Positions 63,202-64,000 of a stretch of DNA of 64,000 bases are shown here, in pieces (the stretch's first letter is position 1; each line of letters opens with the position of its first letter). Where the stretch lies: IMG/VR virus record IMGVR_UViG_3300035703_000076, positions 4,947-68,946 of that record. One strand, written 5' to 3'. The stretch is from a virus. Under the pieces are notes generated by a model. It made no database searches. It was not told the DNA's origin and saw only the letters and a program-made list of their open reading frames with translations. The position numbers and the translations under genes are program-made.

Positions 63202-64000
63202 CTAAATATTAAAGAATTTACAAAATTCAACGTTACCATATTGGCTCTTGGTTTTTTCGGCCATTTCCAAAATAGTGAACTTTTGTGGCTTAATTCCAGC
63301 CGATTCGATAAACGATTTTACGCCTTGCTGACAAGCGCCTGTAATCACTCGGTAAACCTCAATACATTTATCGTAGGGCAGTTTTTCGTTTACGTCCATG
63401 CCTTTAAAATCGTCCTTATTCCTTTCAGCAATTTTGTAAATCAAATCCGCCTTAGCATCCTTAATTGTGTCTCCATGTGCATATTTGCCGTTTCCATCAG
63501 TTACAAGAAAATACTCGTTTTTTTTGCCAACGTCTTTAAGTCTCCAAACATTACCTTTTTTCGATATTACCTCCGAAAATTTACCATCGGCCAAGACAAA
63601 ATCGCCATTTCCTTTGCCCCATTTCATAAATGGGATATTTTGATTTTGTAAAATTGGCAATTGTGCTTTTACTTTATCAGGTAGCGTGCAGCCTCTGAGG
63701 TAGAGAGAGCCGCCGATAGTAGTAGGTAGTACCAAGTTATCAGGTAGCGTGCAGTCTTCGAGGTAGAGATGGCCGCCGATAGTAGTAGGTAGTACCAAGT
63801 TATCAGGTAGCGTGCAGTCTTCGAGGTAGAGATAGCCGCCGATAGTAGTAGGTAGTACCAAGTTATCAGGTAGCGTGCAGCCTCTGAGGTAGAGAGAGCC
63901 GCCGATAGTAGTAGGTAGTACCAAGTTATCAGGTAGCGTGCAGCCTCTGAGGTAGAGATAGCCGCCGATAGTAGTAGGTAGTACCAAGTTATCAGGTAGC
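63202..64000 (-). CDS. LRR-like repeat protein (5' end outside the window)
   Basis: 21-aa repeats LPDNLVLPTTIGGxLYLxxCT; C-terminal AHG.T...A..DL..K / YR.ITGAC..G...F domain. Confidence 0.85.
   Translation of the reverse strand, partial: LPDNLVLPTTIGGYLYLRGCTLPDNLVLPTTIGGSLYLRGCTLPDNLVLPTTIGGYLYLEDCTLPDNLVLPTTIGGHLYLEDCTLPDNLVLPTTIGGSLYLRGCTLPDKVKAQLPILQNQNIPFMKWGKGNGDFVLADGKFSEVISKKGNVWRLKDVGKKNEYFLVTDGNGKYAHGDTIKDAKADLIYKIAERNKDDFKGMDVNEKLPYDKCIEVYRVITGACQQGVKSFIESAGIKPQKFTILEMAEKTKSQYGNVEFCKFFNI
63674..64000. repeat. 63-bp tandem repeat, at least 5 copies
   Basis: Units start at 63674, 63737, 63800, 63863, 63926 and 63989. Confidence 0.95.

Noticed and set aside
142-63651. Numerous antisense ORFs in the track (e.g. 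142-423, 3018-3401, 7469-7918, 32597-33061, 63241-63651)
   Set aside because: Shadows of longer opposite-strand genes, with atypical composition and no initiation signals.
63674-64000. Diversity-generating retroelement template/variable repeat
   Set aside because: The repeats are tandem in-frame units, and no reverse transcriptase or separate template repeat is present in the window.
1-64000. Stop-codon reassignment (alternative genetic code)
   Set aside because: Structural genes are long and uninterrupted under the standard code, and coding density is high.

Overview
This window is most or all of an AT-rich tailed-phage genome, probably infecting Bacteroidota (many TAnnTTTG -7 promoter boxes, A-rich translation starts without Shine-Dalgarno motifs). 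Layout: a minus-strand early/accessory region (1-14.1 kb and 61.1-64 kb, probably contiguous on a circular map) with YqaJ exonuclease, SSB-like, NinB-like, serine recombinase, DUF4942-type methyltransferase, LPD29 and HTH genes. Then a repeat-rich putative origin with a RepL-like gene (14.4-15.4 kb); plus-strand middle genes with two tRNA-like RNAs, ClpP-like and RuvC-like genes; a podovirus/crAss-style virion module (terminase, portal, scaffold, capsid, ring proteins, tail stabiliser, giant ejection/polyvalent proteins, a ferritin, tail fibres); and a lysis module. No DNA polymerase, helicase, virion RNA polymerase or tyrosine recombinase was recognised. Main findings: (1) two integron-like gene-cassette arrays (five cassettes) with attC-like hairpins, cassette-specific complementary ends and a shared attI-like leader, with inverted genes and no integrase in the window; (2) small basic genes overprinted in the +1 frame inside the giant ejection genes; (3) a candidate sRNA antisense to the shared 5' end of three early operons; (4) an A10 slippage site giving a Trp-rich alternative C-terminus; (5) two tRNA-shaped RNAs with replaced anticodon arms. 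All family assignments come from motifs recognised by eye, not from database searches.
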